Source: Caecitellus pseudoparvulus (Eukaryota; Protista; Bigyra: Bicosoecida). Taken from it: a stretch of DNA of 64,000 nt. The notes beneath the pieces are model-generated. The model did no database searches and was not told the origin of the DNA. It was given only the letters and a program-made list of their open reading frames with translations. Both the position numbers and the translations under genes were made by a program. Shown one piece after another: positions 21,801-28,643 of this stretch; positions within the stretch are counted from its first letter, which is position 1, and each line of letters opens with the position of its first letter. The stretch is from NCBI GenBank assembly GCA_965644315.1, contig CBFFRQ010000088.1:179834-243833 (forward strand), in the 5' to 3' direction.

Positions 21801-24800
21801 GGCAGCTCTGCGAGCTTGACGGCGCCAAACGGCTCTGCGCAACGGCGCTTGCTGGAGGCAGCTTGGACTCACGTGCCTGCGCCCGCCCATGTCGAACTGC
21901 ATGGATCTGGTACTAAGCTAGGTGATGCAATTGAAGTCCAGGCGTTAGCTTCAAGCCTTGCAGGTGCACGATCTGTCCTCGGCGCATCCAAGCGTGTGTT
22001 TGGTCACACAGAAGGCGCTGCGGGGTTGGTTGGCGTGCTCAGCTCTATCCTTGCGCTGCACGGCGTCTTTCAAGCTATGCCTCCCCCTGATCGACTTTCT
22101 GAAGACCTCAAGGTTCACATGGGTATCGATGAGGGGACTGGGCACCTCAGTCTGGGTGGAGGTATGGCTGCCAGTGTTGTCCATGCTCAACCAGCAGCTC
22201 ACAGTGGCGTGTCATCATTTGGATTTTCAGGAACCAACGCCCATGCTGTGCTATCATCAGCCCGAGACCCTCGGCAATTGTCATTATCCGTGCAGGACAT
22301 GCCCCAACGTCATGCAGCGCTGCCGGACCCGCCATGTGGCTCACAGACCGTCGATCAGGAGTCACACCAGGAAGCGGCAAGCACCCGTGAGTTTGTCAAG
22401 GTAGCAAGCACAGAGGACGTGCAAGGCACCCTGTTGCTATTGGAGTCGGCGCTGGACGTCATTGAAGTGCCGAGCTTTGAAGGCGGTGCCGATGAAGGTC
22501 ATCGGACTGTCTGTGTGCATGCGGCGAGCGGGAAGGGGGTGTTGGGCCACGTCGCCAGCGCTCTGCTGCAGGCTTTTCCACCACATCGCCTTGATGATGA
22601 GGCCAGCACCCAAGTACATGTGCTTGATTTGGCGGCCTTCAACGCAGATGCACTCGCTGGCCTTGGTTGTGTTCGAGACGCTTTGCGGGCTGCATTGTTG
22701 TCTGGGGCGCAGAGCATCGTGCTTCTGTTTCACCCTGCAGATGCATGTCAGGCTGTCGCTGCCAAGGTTGCCATGCAGCTCTGGCAGTGTGAACGATGTG
22801 GGGCGAGTGAGCTGCTTCCAGCCGTCTGTGTGGAGTTGGGCAGCGGCAGCCCCCTCCCCATTCTCGTCCAGCTACTGGAGGCTGGGGCCCGCAAACTGCG
22901 CCTGGTGCGCGCTGAGGTCTCGCTGCACTTGCGAGGTGGAAGCGTGCGGGCTCCAAGGGTCAGTGGGACCCACGCTCAGCCCTTCAAGAAGCGCCCACGT
23001 TTGGGGCCCTGGGAGGGCAAAGGTTTGGTAGTGGTCGGGGCTGGCGCGATCGCAAACGCAGCAATTTCTGCTGCCGTTCAGCATGGCTGCAAGTTTGTTG
23101 CTGTGCTGAGCCGGCACTCGCACACCGAGGCGCTGCAACAATCCCACCCTGGTTGCACCTTTGAAAGCATTTGTGTCGATGCAAGTGACGCAAGTGCCTT
23201 GTCGTTGGCGCTAGGCACTTGTGCATCGTGGGCCGCGCGGCATGGGGTGCGCCTGCGCTCAGTTGTACATGCCGCAGGCTCTCCACATGCTTCCCCTTTG
23301 GCTGACTCGGACTGGACAGCAGTGTCTTCACACTACGCTCTCAAGTACGAGTGCGTGACAGCCCTGCAGCGCTTCTGCTCGACGCATTGTGTGGACAACC
23401 TCGTGTTGACTTCGTCGTGCTCAACGCTGTGGCCTCTGGCCGGGTACGGTGACTACGCGGCGTCGCACGCAGCCTTAGAGGAAGCTGCTCTGACCAACTC
23501 TTTGAGCACCTACACCGTGTCAGATGATGCCTTCTCTGCGGTGCTGACAGCCCCCCAGGTCGTGTCCTTGCGAACCATTGTCTTGCGACTGGGGGTCGTG
23601 TCACAGGGTGCCGTTGCCGAGCTGGTGGAGCAAGGCTTGTACAAGCGCATGGGCGTAGCAGCGATAGACACTGCCACACTGACAGAAGTTTTCTCATGTG
23701 CCATGCTCGGGGATTCAGAGCCTCTTGTGACTCTTGCTGCGTTTCACGACTGCTCTCTGTTCCGGAATGTGGTTCGACTCGGGCTTAGAGTGCCGAACCT
23801 GCCACTGCTCGGCGGCCTCGAACTCGACGCAGGCGCCCCTTTGCCTGCGAACCCCAGCCCGCAGGTTGAGATTTATGAGCCGAAGGAAGCGCTTGTGGCT
23901 GCGTGTCGAGCCAGTGGCCTTGGGCCCGAAGTTGAGCAGCATGTGGCGGGTTCAAGTGCCGGTGCCAGGTTTGATCCCGCTGAGCTGGGAATCGACTCCC
24001 TCGCTGCGGTGGAGCTCGCCTTCTACATGCAGCAAGAATGCGGGTACCCCATCGCCCCAGATGTATTCTTGGCCCCTTTTACCCTGGACCAGCTTGGTCG
24101 CTCCTTGCCCGTGGTCGCAAGTCAACCCCCAACGCAGCCACCCAAGTCTGCAGCACCCATGTGCGATCCGGCAAACGCAGTGCATATCCATGCTGCTGCT
24201 TGCATCTTGCCGGGAGGTGTCGAGACGCTTCGTGACTTTGCAGTGCGCACATTCTGCCCGGTGCCTGTGTTTTCGCCGGCACCCAGCGAACGCTGCAGCC
24301 ACGCGAGCACGCAGTCTGCACTCCCGCCCTCGGGCTGGCTATCACCTCACCAGATTGCCTGCATTGAAGCTGAGGCCAACAGGTTTCCACCTGCCCAGCG
24401 CTCAGAACTTGATCCACATCACTTGCTGCTGCTCCGCCTGGCCAGCAAAACGTTGGCTGGCGTAGACAGGTCCAACTTCCATCGCATCGGTACGTATGTG
24501 TGCGGAGGTGCGTCTTCCTTCGTGTCAAGTCGAAACTCTCGCCTGCAAGCTACGAAGTATGCGGCCATGGGAACGGCTCCAAACTTTGCAGCCGATCAGA
24601 TCGCTCATACTTTCGGACTGACCGGCCCAACCATGGTGGTCGATTCCGCTTGTGCCAGCGGCATTGCTGCATTGGACATCGCATGTCGGCATCTAAGCAG
24701 CGACATCTCAGACGCAGCTCTGGTGTTGGGTGCCAACCTCCTCCTCGATGCCCGCTCCTTTGAGCAACTTCGGCACCTCGGCGTGTTGGCGAGTGAGTCG

Positions 24801-27800
24801 CTAGGCGACATGAACAGCGGCTCAGCTGGATATTTCCGAAGCGAAGGCGGGGTGGCGTTGTTGCTGACGCGCACAGCAAGCCCCTCGGATGACCTGGGCT
24901 GCATTCAGTCTGTCCGCCTCGGCCACAATCCGCGAAGTGACGCTTCAGCCATCACCACGCCAAGCTTTGCAGGGCAGTCAAGCATCATGGACCACCGCGC
25001 CTATTCGCATGGCAGCATCCTTGTTGAGGCCCATGCTACAGGCACAGTAGCTGGGGATGCCATTGAAGCACAGTCTCTCCTTGCTGCGCAAGGTGGCCGG
25101 CAAGACGGAGCGTTCGTTCATGCTGCCAAGCGAACGTGGGGGCACTTGGAGGGCGGGGCAGGACTACTGGGCTTGCTGTCTGCATGTGTGCAGGGCCTCG
25201 TCGGACTGGCCGCGCCGACCTGGCCTCTGACCTACTCACTGTCTTCAGGCCAAGCTGCTTTGCCCTGTGTTTCGTATGCGCGGAGTCTGGGTCCAGATTG
25301 TGCAGCAGTAGTGAACAGCTTTGGGTTCGGCGGCAGTGTTGCGCAGGCGACGCTCTCGTTTCCACCGTCCCAGCGCCCGGGCCAGGAGGCAAGCGGGGAG
25401 CCCTTCACGATCTTGGTCCTCCCCGGGCAAGGCTCCGTATCGCAAGGCTTCTGCCAACACATGGTCCACAAAAGCGGGTCATTCCACGCGTTCCTCAACG
25501 CCGCTCTGCAAGAGGCTAGTGCTGCAAGTGCTGGGGTATTCTCAGCTGGCCAACTGCAAGATCTGTGCCTTGTGCCGGGTGGGAGGCTGCCTGGCCCGCC
25601 TTCCAGCTGGCTCCGTGCGGCTGCTGTGCAAGTAATGGCGTTGGCCGCGTCCATCGCTACAGGCCAGGCTGCAGTGCAGGCACTGGGGAGGCTTCCCGAC
25701 GTCGTGCTTGGGCACAGCCTTGGCCAGCTGGCTGCAGCGGTCATCGCAGCATCACTGCCCATTGGCGGAGCCTTTAGGCTCTTGTTTCAACGCCTTGGGC
25801 CTGAATCTGCCGACTGCACATTCTGGAGCACTGCCATGATCGCAGTTCGAGCGTCCAGCTCCCATGTCAAGGCGGTGCTAGCCAGCGCAGGGCAACACAG
25901 TGCCCAAGTCGCGTGCATCAATGGGCCGTCCTCATGTACAATAGGGTGCGCTGCCGGGAGTGAGGACGAAGTTGTCAGCGCACTGCAAAGTGCGGGGCTT
26001 CGCCACACAGTGCTGCCAGACGTCGCCGCGTACCACACGGAGCAAGCTGCGAGCTCAGCAGGTAGGGTTTTGCACACATCCTCCACTGGGATCCTCGCAT
26101 GCACACTGGTTACATGTGACGGGGAGCTGCACGCTGCTGGGCAACAGCTGCCCGCCGGAGTTTGGGCACGACTAACCCGTGATGTGGTGAACTTTCCAGC
26201 TCAGCTGCGGGCGGCTCTGTCGTCCTGCCCCCACGGACACGCACTTTTGTTGGATGGTTCGGCTGGAGGCTCTTTCCATGGCCTATGCACGAGCATTCTT
26301 GCTGACTGGGCAGCTGTGCCCGAGAGCACAGGAGCCGCAGCGTCCCGACCCACTCCAACGAGCCAGCCTGAAGTGCGGGTGTTCAGTCTGTGGGCCAAGG
26401 CGCAGCGTGAGGAAGCTGCGACGAAAGCTCCAGCCGTGCCCTCAGCTTGGATCAAAGCCATCGGCCAGTCCAGGTTGGGGCAGGCCGGCATTGCACAGCT
26501 ACCAGCTCCTGCAGCGTCCCCGTTGGAACCCTGCGCTACGTTGCCAGATTGGAGTCGCTGGAAGATCGCGAGGGATGATGTTCGAGAGCACACGAACGCT
26601 TCGGCAGTACCTCTGGTGTATGCTACCTATCAAGAGCTCTCCAGTCAGCTGTCCTTCCTCGATGCAGGCAGTGACCCGTGGGAAGTGCTGGAAGACTTGT
26701 CGAGTCGACTGCTGCGTTGCCTCGCCGCACACATAGGCCCTTCCACTCCCGATCACTTGTCACGGCTGCTACACGACCACGCTCAAGACGGAAGTGCACA
26801 GGAAGCCCCTGCAGACTTGCTGGCGTCCATTGCCGCCCAGAAAGACGTGGTTGGTTCCGTGTGCATGGCCGAGCTGTCGCTTTTGGAGCACGTTTGCCTC
26901 GCTGCTGAGGGCCTGTCCTCAGGGCACATTGCACCCATGGACGTATTGTTCCCATCAGGAAGCCAGGCGTTGGTGGCACCCATATACAGCGCGACGCCAA
27001 GGGCCCGACTCATGAACGCTTTGCTCGTTGAGTCTGCAAGCGCCGCTGTCTCGGAGGCTGCTGCCAGAAGTGGCGGGCCGGTACACGTGCTGGAGCTAGG
27101 AAGCGGGACTGGCAGCTTGAGCGTCCCGCTGTTACACCGCCTGAATACGCTCCCCATCGCCCACCAGGTGCACCTGTGGCTCAGCGACATCAGCCCCTCT
27201 CTGCTCGCAAGACTGAAGGCGCGGCTTGAGGCGCTGTCAGCTGAAGTGCACTTGCACTGCTGCGTGTTGGACGTGAACAAGGCGGCATCTTCGTGTCTTG
27301 ATTTCCCAGCACAGCACATGGTCAGCGTCTTGCTCGCATCCAATACGCTGCATGTAGCTTCGGACGTGCCTTCCGCCTGGCAGCAGCTGCAAACGTTCCT
27401 CGCTCCGAGAGCACGTGTGATTCTGAGGGAAGTGACGCTGGGCACAGCCTTCTTGGACTGCACGTTTGGCCTCCTCCCTGACTGGCAGCTCGCTGCTCAG
27501 GGCCACAGTCCTGGCAGGACATCTGCAGTGCTGTCCTTGTCGGAGTGGCAAGCAGCCCTTCGCGGTGCCGAGTTGCTGGAAGTGCAGCCTCGGGATGCAC
27601 TCCGGGCGCTGGGCGGAAGGTGCGCAGTAGCCCGTCATCTCTCCGACTTTGAATGTGTTCTTGATTTCCTTGTCCTTGCTGAAGGTGTGGGCAGCGTGAA
27701 CGCTGCGGTTCGCACAGATCACGTCGCCCGTCCCGACCGTGCAGAAGGTGCAGCGCTGCAGTCCAGCGCCGCCCTTGCCATTTCTCAGCACGCCTTGGTT

Positions 27801-28643
27801 CCACAAGGGTTCAGCGATGAGACTCCACTGCAACATGTTTCCATTGACTCCATCGGCATGGCAGCTGTTGCGTCGGTGCTGCAAGAGCGCTTCCAATGCT
27901 CCGTGGAGGCTGCCCTCGCTGCTCTCACCAACGCAATGCGCGACGGCCGCGGGGGGCGAGAAGTGGATGCTGCACTTGCGGGGATGCCATCTATGCGCCC
28001 AACTCGCGCTCAATCGAGCAGTCGTCATGTGATAATATTCCCGCCAGCGGGAGTACCTTCCGCTGCCTACCGAGGCTGGCGTGAGAAGGGAGAAACTTAC
28101 GTACGTGTGCTGCCATGCTTCAGCGAGTGGGCCACACGCCACCCCGGCGGCGCCCCTGAAGCATACTTGCAAGATTTACACGCAAGCTTTATCACGTACA
28201 TGGCCATTGCAGGGGGCGGTGGAGCAGTGACGGTGTTCGGGCACTCCCTGGGAGCACTGCTGGCTCACCGGGTCTGGAGCACAGCCAGCCAAGCCTGCGC
28301 ATACACGGCAGTTAACATCATTGTGTCCTGTGCGCCGCCGCCTGCAGGTGCCGCTCATGCTCTTGCCCACATGCCACCGACCAGCAGCTCTCCGTCCATG
28401 AGATGGGTGCGGAGCGATATCGAAGCATTCGTTGCATTGCCCGAAGTCACCTCCAGCGCGCCAGCACCGCCAGCTTCCCTGCACGTTTGGCTGGCCACAA
28501 CAGACGACGTTTTTCCCCACCTTGCAGTTGATGCCCGAAGCACTTGCAAGCGTTGGGCCGCAGCCTTTGGCGTCGCCCAGGCGCCTGGCGTCGTGTGGGT
28601 GCCCTCCCACTCATGGGGCGTGCCGGCCTCCTCGCCTACGTGA
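12870..28643 (+). CDS. Multimodular type I polyketide synthase: VOC-FkbH-FkbM-ACP-(AT*)-ACP-KS-ACP-KS-KR-ACP-KS-AT-MT-ACP-TE
   Basis: Single open frame, first ATG at 12870. Three KS domains with C/H/H triads (DAACGS/AHATGT/GHTE; DTACSS/LHGSGT/GHTE; DSACAS/AHATGT/GHLE). ACP serines GGDSL, GFSSQ, GWDSL, GIDSL, SIDSI. KR GAGAIA..HAAG..YAAS. AT PGQGS..GHSLG..AYHT. MT LELGSGTG. TE GHSLG. FkbH DADNTLW/FIDDS/LSCR. FkbM DVGANIG/KVDVEG. Confidence 0.93.
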   Translation: MAAVPGAAEASSGAGGAACETVGDILISSRDCWDDLVSWCMRAPFSCTPHHVGIWASSAPAAQQLRHDIAPACSSSTTAARDVNQGVSISFHCLSGSGTWGQPVVEVVAEYGAATDAPKTLEAAPAQSALRPAQLGSALPLQPGVSQPDTYRVHHVAVEVEDLQACVSALLAQHAAGCVLLRPDPAWSEGAHHKRSFAPLQQGFPAKHFDSIPLPAPVLASFHSQRAKDPSTALACYVVFLQVPGVGLLELVQASRVHTLPSLRMPPAEAVDVMLRSSASAPCRRIVAGTVEVAAVARALEQLAPPQHGSVVHVQSASTTSWFLADAPAAGSCSVALVFTDGTPRAAALTQAVQEWTAASRSRGAAAHAMLVECAGPAIASSEDPGLHLRPLSDGVSRTHWSAIAHSAGMRSSCVFNHDADTHTALPFSPEFSQTAALWALRASSAVTSRSASRLKVVAVDADNTLWQGALADCDAPAFSGLALAPQHVALQRTLLSLRDSGVLLVLVTKNNLADVSALFDAVGKPHTCPPKLQGMSLHLEHFVLIKASWADKGQGLADALAQLGQAPANTVFIDDSPVEIASVNSSLPGVSSVLWPQDTGTAMQVLSHLWFLDCPPPLGSDAAPQRRQAAYAAAAQHRKEVGKVMKSGPSDAVQTRLAAFFVALQPRVRVSAEASSAVLKRAAQLFSRANQFLSDKRHISVQFLEDKISSGYRLHSAGLSDRFGDVGEHVAFVLTGLRLGGVAAVELFVLSCRAMGRGVEYALLSHVARCFETHASKVVLHGQASGRNVPFLDFLRALASRVPASSLDEQASGTLALEMPAAALADFVYTGAMYAEDMQQGVGQGNQLTAADESAPRPSAAHVNQAAMSLAPRKHAAYAVCLPDVAFYLRGSHVSLGNCLPVEVLNVAEARFVWAEVCRAPPPSALHEVQDVPYSAVLSRLPTGAVVWDVGANIGLFTLACMAASDAPRITAVEPLPEAFRALLQNTKCWKEVLDFQGALTVFECAALSQERAGPTVSQVSFVKQATASILSHVQGHSTGDEADVAAEWMGAQLGPAASHDAHAVAAQSLERTSLLQVPASSLSFLWHLAGRPDLTLLKVDVEGSEAEALRGCSAEMLEHTQVIIVEVHFAGVARDDRFKAIAANLRAAGFLLASAEPQPPFSRRLCCVFAKLHAVWLWDQPRVWHAHSARAVAAKACVSSSAPQRGTPPRQRVPGSPSEQLMLEAWGAALANSLSASHASDWSRSTFVEAGGDSLCLVQLLSEARLRGMALDISHDLMHMTPAQMVASCGQRSEEVVVVRPPMQAAVRESARGDAAWRSRILVLGPLAPYELHMQKLVRASVRSDACPLMQTALLCFVHELSRQTSTVCNLDEGALLLHLCGGDRALLQQLDGVLQHGGPPPELDAARTIPEGVRLGAVVMLHLLGAARLVHDSQGEIRSVGHCIGTLTELALEYSKTNYSFTRFLAAGQASIAAAVHFGAAMDAVHGARSDGLSRHAPLAHTPLTSSCRVGDGGPEVFTQSAVHAQGAHLAGRTGPLSLTLVATAAADAFPSGAGLQALHHGYHTPTNVGVMRKYVSTYAFSGAQHILPADALECCVRRLAYSPFDFMKRLQATLDSVKGSAPIIQEMGPLDYACSPIFTPSLLLGFLQGQECTRHAWVRGPFADDQEQSVLVPVAMCASVKRVQVRSSATQEHVSAAEVGPLALTVAEAALELLTDVSAGSTVSAPAQLETTRLRTTWWEMGFSSQDMPLLLQRLRQLRDMPCMHQLALGDLIQWPTPELLAKHALEASPPPTDSPLVSPPQDIRAPSVSGVSLSGCGVRIGGLRHLKELWSDATWRGAAAALIAPEDVKGVFGLSSPSKDFMDPQQVLALAAVQDALSESGLCARVDPERVGVWVGVQASDWKRARQPRGGGMHGILGSTPSAIASRVCTVFSFGGPAVAVDAACGSSSSALEAALNAMHMNCVDAAVVIGTQVNLAADAERELAEVGVLSATQTTPFAFLQDAEGRGGFVRRQAVVALVLERGKRSVIELACAASGFVGQTGAMHVVDADRYAAVVRRAHQRAGIQAGDVAHVEAHATGTSVGDASELRGLSSVFPDARPSVASSKGLLGHTEACSGALSLAFARECMLHDLPPHMEVLRSRAWKLGPQPCTTAASGPPQVVGVSNVGLTGTMTHIILKRRTAALGNADTTAHVLPLGCPAGCALGGVLRQARDVLCSTGNVQPLTELVTAAWQRWCTTCATATCIFSSTHALTVDAIVSGLEVVMDALPGSRSGAAKQQGVQCLWRTQAPSRAIVHVQWAPPHSGLHVSNNWNSIMQGGVLELLSALARVMSRLESDTQGDATALRQLAVDCATTLHAHAVPLTELIVDLLQCSCSVPSSQCPFGPAFLGVGPGARSLPLHLHASSRLALLAAMFAVALDMSDFPLSSLADALVCELLASFSSGESVRTVVQAALEESLQATQEAWMQPEKWQQPVTFSFSPRQQQTSHDASDAWEELVARLAAQGPRGRPSEPGRDLLVSPGGWRVFAGEEAVPVPFPAAAAWVGLCPASCATKAAAPVPGFPPVPAWPSVELAHPVRPLHLSERLPRDTLVTSSGMDTTLALQVARAAFIGVCGGGADSVARVEEVLGATHTPYVEALGWDSLQCSMLPGTLELEQDKLGHMAAPVQVPPTIAFDAPTVHELIMVLSGSAQQSLGQQVPRSLSPSIGLTAVGISGLALRLGAGTNKLSDFASRIRNGQAIASSATLPQWKLRCMGQAAVDGLVPCISLCDSDVQPLVTSQPFIDPHHSIMQRVAQEALEDGGLWSGVSGWSQGVDPRRVGCVIGCTNSDFVRTAVVQSDHSAPPSFASGSQRAMIAGKVQRAFGCGGPAMVVDTACSSGLVALSLALRMIQQDEADFVIVGAVNLVLAAAVSSALVGMRVLSSTGACRTLEADADGYTRADGCVAMVLARADAGPQYALVDSVHLNHNGSSASLTAPNGSAQRRLLEAAWTHVPAPAHVELHGSGTKLGDAIEVQALASSLAGARSVLGASKRVFGHTEGAAGLVGVLSSILALHGVFQAMPPPDRLSEDLKVHMGIDEGTGHLSLGGGMAASVVHAQPAAHSGVSSFGFSGTNAHAVLSSARDPRQLSLSVQDMPQRHAALPDPPCGSQTVDQESHQEAASTREFVKVASTEDVQGTLLLLESALDVIEVPSFEGGADEGHRTVCVHAASGKGVLGHVASALLQAFPPHRLDDEASTQVHVLDLAAFNADALAGLGCVRDALRAALLSGAQSIVLLFHPADACQAVAAKVAMQLWQCERCGASELLPAVCVELGSGSPLPILVQLLEAGARKLRLVRAEVSLHLRGGSVRAPRVSGTHAQPFKKRPRLGPWEGKGLVVVGAGAIANAAISAAVQHGCKFVAVLSRHSHTEALQQSHPGCTFESICVDASDASALSLALGTCASWAARHGVRLRSVVHAAGSPHASPLADSDWTAVSSHYALKYECVTALQRFCSTHCVDNLVLTSSCSTLWPLAGYGDYAASHAALEEAALTNSLSTYTVSDDAFSAVLTAPQVVSLRTIVLRLGVVSQGAVAELVEQGLYKRMGVAAIDTATLTEVFSCAMLGDSEPLVTLAAFHDCSLFRNVVRLGLRVPNLPLLGGLELDAGAPLPANPSPQVEIYEPKEALVAACRASGLGPEVEQHVAGSSAGARFDPAELGIDSLAAVELAFYMQQECGYPIAPDVFLAPFTLDQLGRSLPVVASQPPTQPPKSAAPMCDPANAVHIHAAACILPGGVETLRDFAVRTFCPVPVFSPAPSERCSHASTQSALPPSGWLSPHQIACIEAEANRFPPAQRSELDPHHLLLLRLASKTLAGVDRSNFHRIGTYVCGGASSFVSSRNSRLQATKYAAMGTAPNFAADQIAHTFGLTGPTMVVDSACASGIAALDIACRHLSSDISDAALVLGANLLLDARSFEQLRHLGVLASESLGDMNSGSAGYFRSEGGVALLLTRTASPSDDLGCIQSVRLGHNPRSDASAITTPSFAGQSSIMDHRAYSHGSILVEAHATGTVAGDAIEAQSLLAAQGGRQDGAFVHAAKRTWGHLEGGAGLLGLLSACVQGLVGLAAPTWPLTYSLSSGQAALPCVSYARSLGPDCAAVVNSFGFGGSVAQATLSFPPSQRPGQEASGEPFTILVLPGQGSVSQGFCQHMVHKSGSFHAFLNAALQEASAASAGVFSAGQLQDLCLVPGGRLPGPPSSWLRAAAVQVMALAASIATGQAAVQALGRLPDVVLGHSLGQLAAAVIAASLPIGGAFRLLFQRLGPESADCTFWSTAMIAVRASSSHVKAVLASAGQHSAQVACINGPSSCTIGCAAGSEDEVVSALQSAGLRHTVLPDVAAYHTEQAASSAGRVLHTSSTGILACTLVTCDGELHAAGQQLPAGVWARLTRDVVNFPAQLRAALSSCPHGHALLLDGSAGGSFHGLCTSILADWAAVPESTGAAASRPTPTSQPEVRVFSLWAKAQREEAATKAPAVPSAWIKAIGQSRLGQAGIAQLPAPAASPLEPCATLPDWSRWKIARDDVREHTNASAVPLVYATYQELSSQLSFLDAGSDPWEVLEDLSSRLLRCLAAHIGPSTPDHLSRLLHDHAQDGSAQEAPADLLASIAAQKDVVGSVCMAELSLLEHVCLAAEGLSSGHIAPMDVLFPSGSQALVAPIYSATPRARLMNALLVESASAAVSEAAARSGGPVHVLELGSGTGSLSVPLLHRLNTLPIAHQVHLWLSDISPSLLARLKARLEALSAEVHLHCCVLDVNKAASSCLDFPAQHMVSVLLASNTLHVASDVPSAWQQLQTFLAPRARVILREVTLGTAFLDCTFGLLPDWQLAAQGHSPGRTSAVLSLSEWQAALRGAELLEVQPRDALRALGGRCAVARHLSDFECVLDFLVLAEGVGSVNAAVRTDHVARPDRAEGAALQSSAALAISQHALVPQGFSDETPLQHVSIDSIGMAAVASVLQERFQCSVEAALAALTNAMRDGRGGREVDAALAGMPSMRPTRAQSSSRHVIIFPPAGVPSAAYRGWREKGETYVRVLPCFSEWATRHPGGAPEAYLQDLHASFITYMAIAGGGGAVTVFGHSLGALLAHRVWSTASQACAYTAVNIIVSCAPPPAGAAHALAHMPPTSSSPSMRWVRSDIEAFVALPEVTSSAPAPPASLHVWLATTDDVFPHLAVDARSTCKRWAAAFGVAQAPGVVWVPSHSWGVPASSPT

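Noticed and set aside
12798-28643. PKS as bacterial contamination or misassembly
   Set aside because: It is tightly interlocked with intron-containing eukaryotic genes on both sides, with a 3' overlap and no sharp compositional break. Read support should still be checked.
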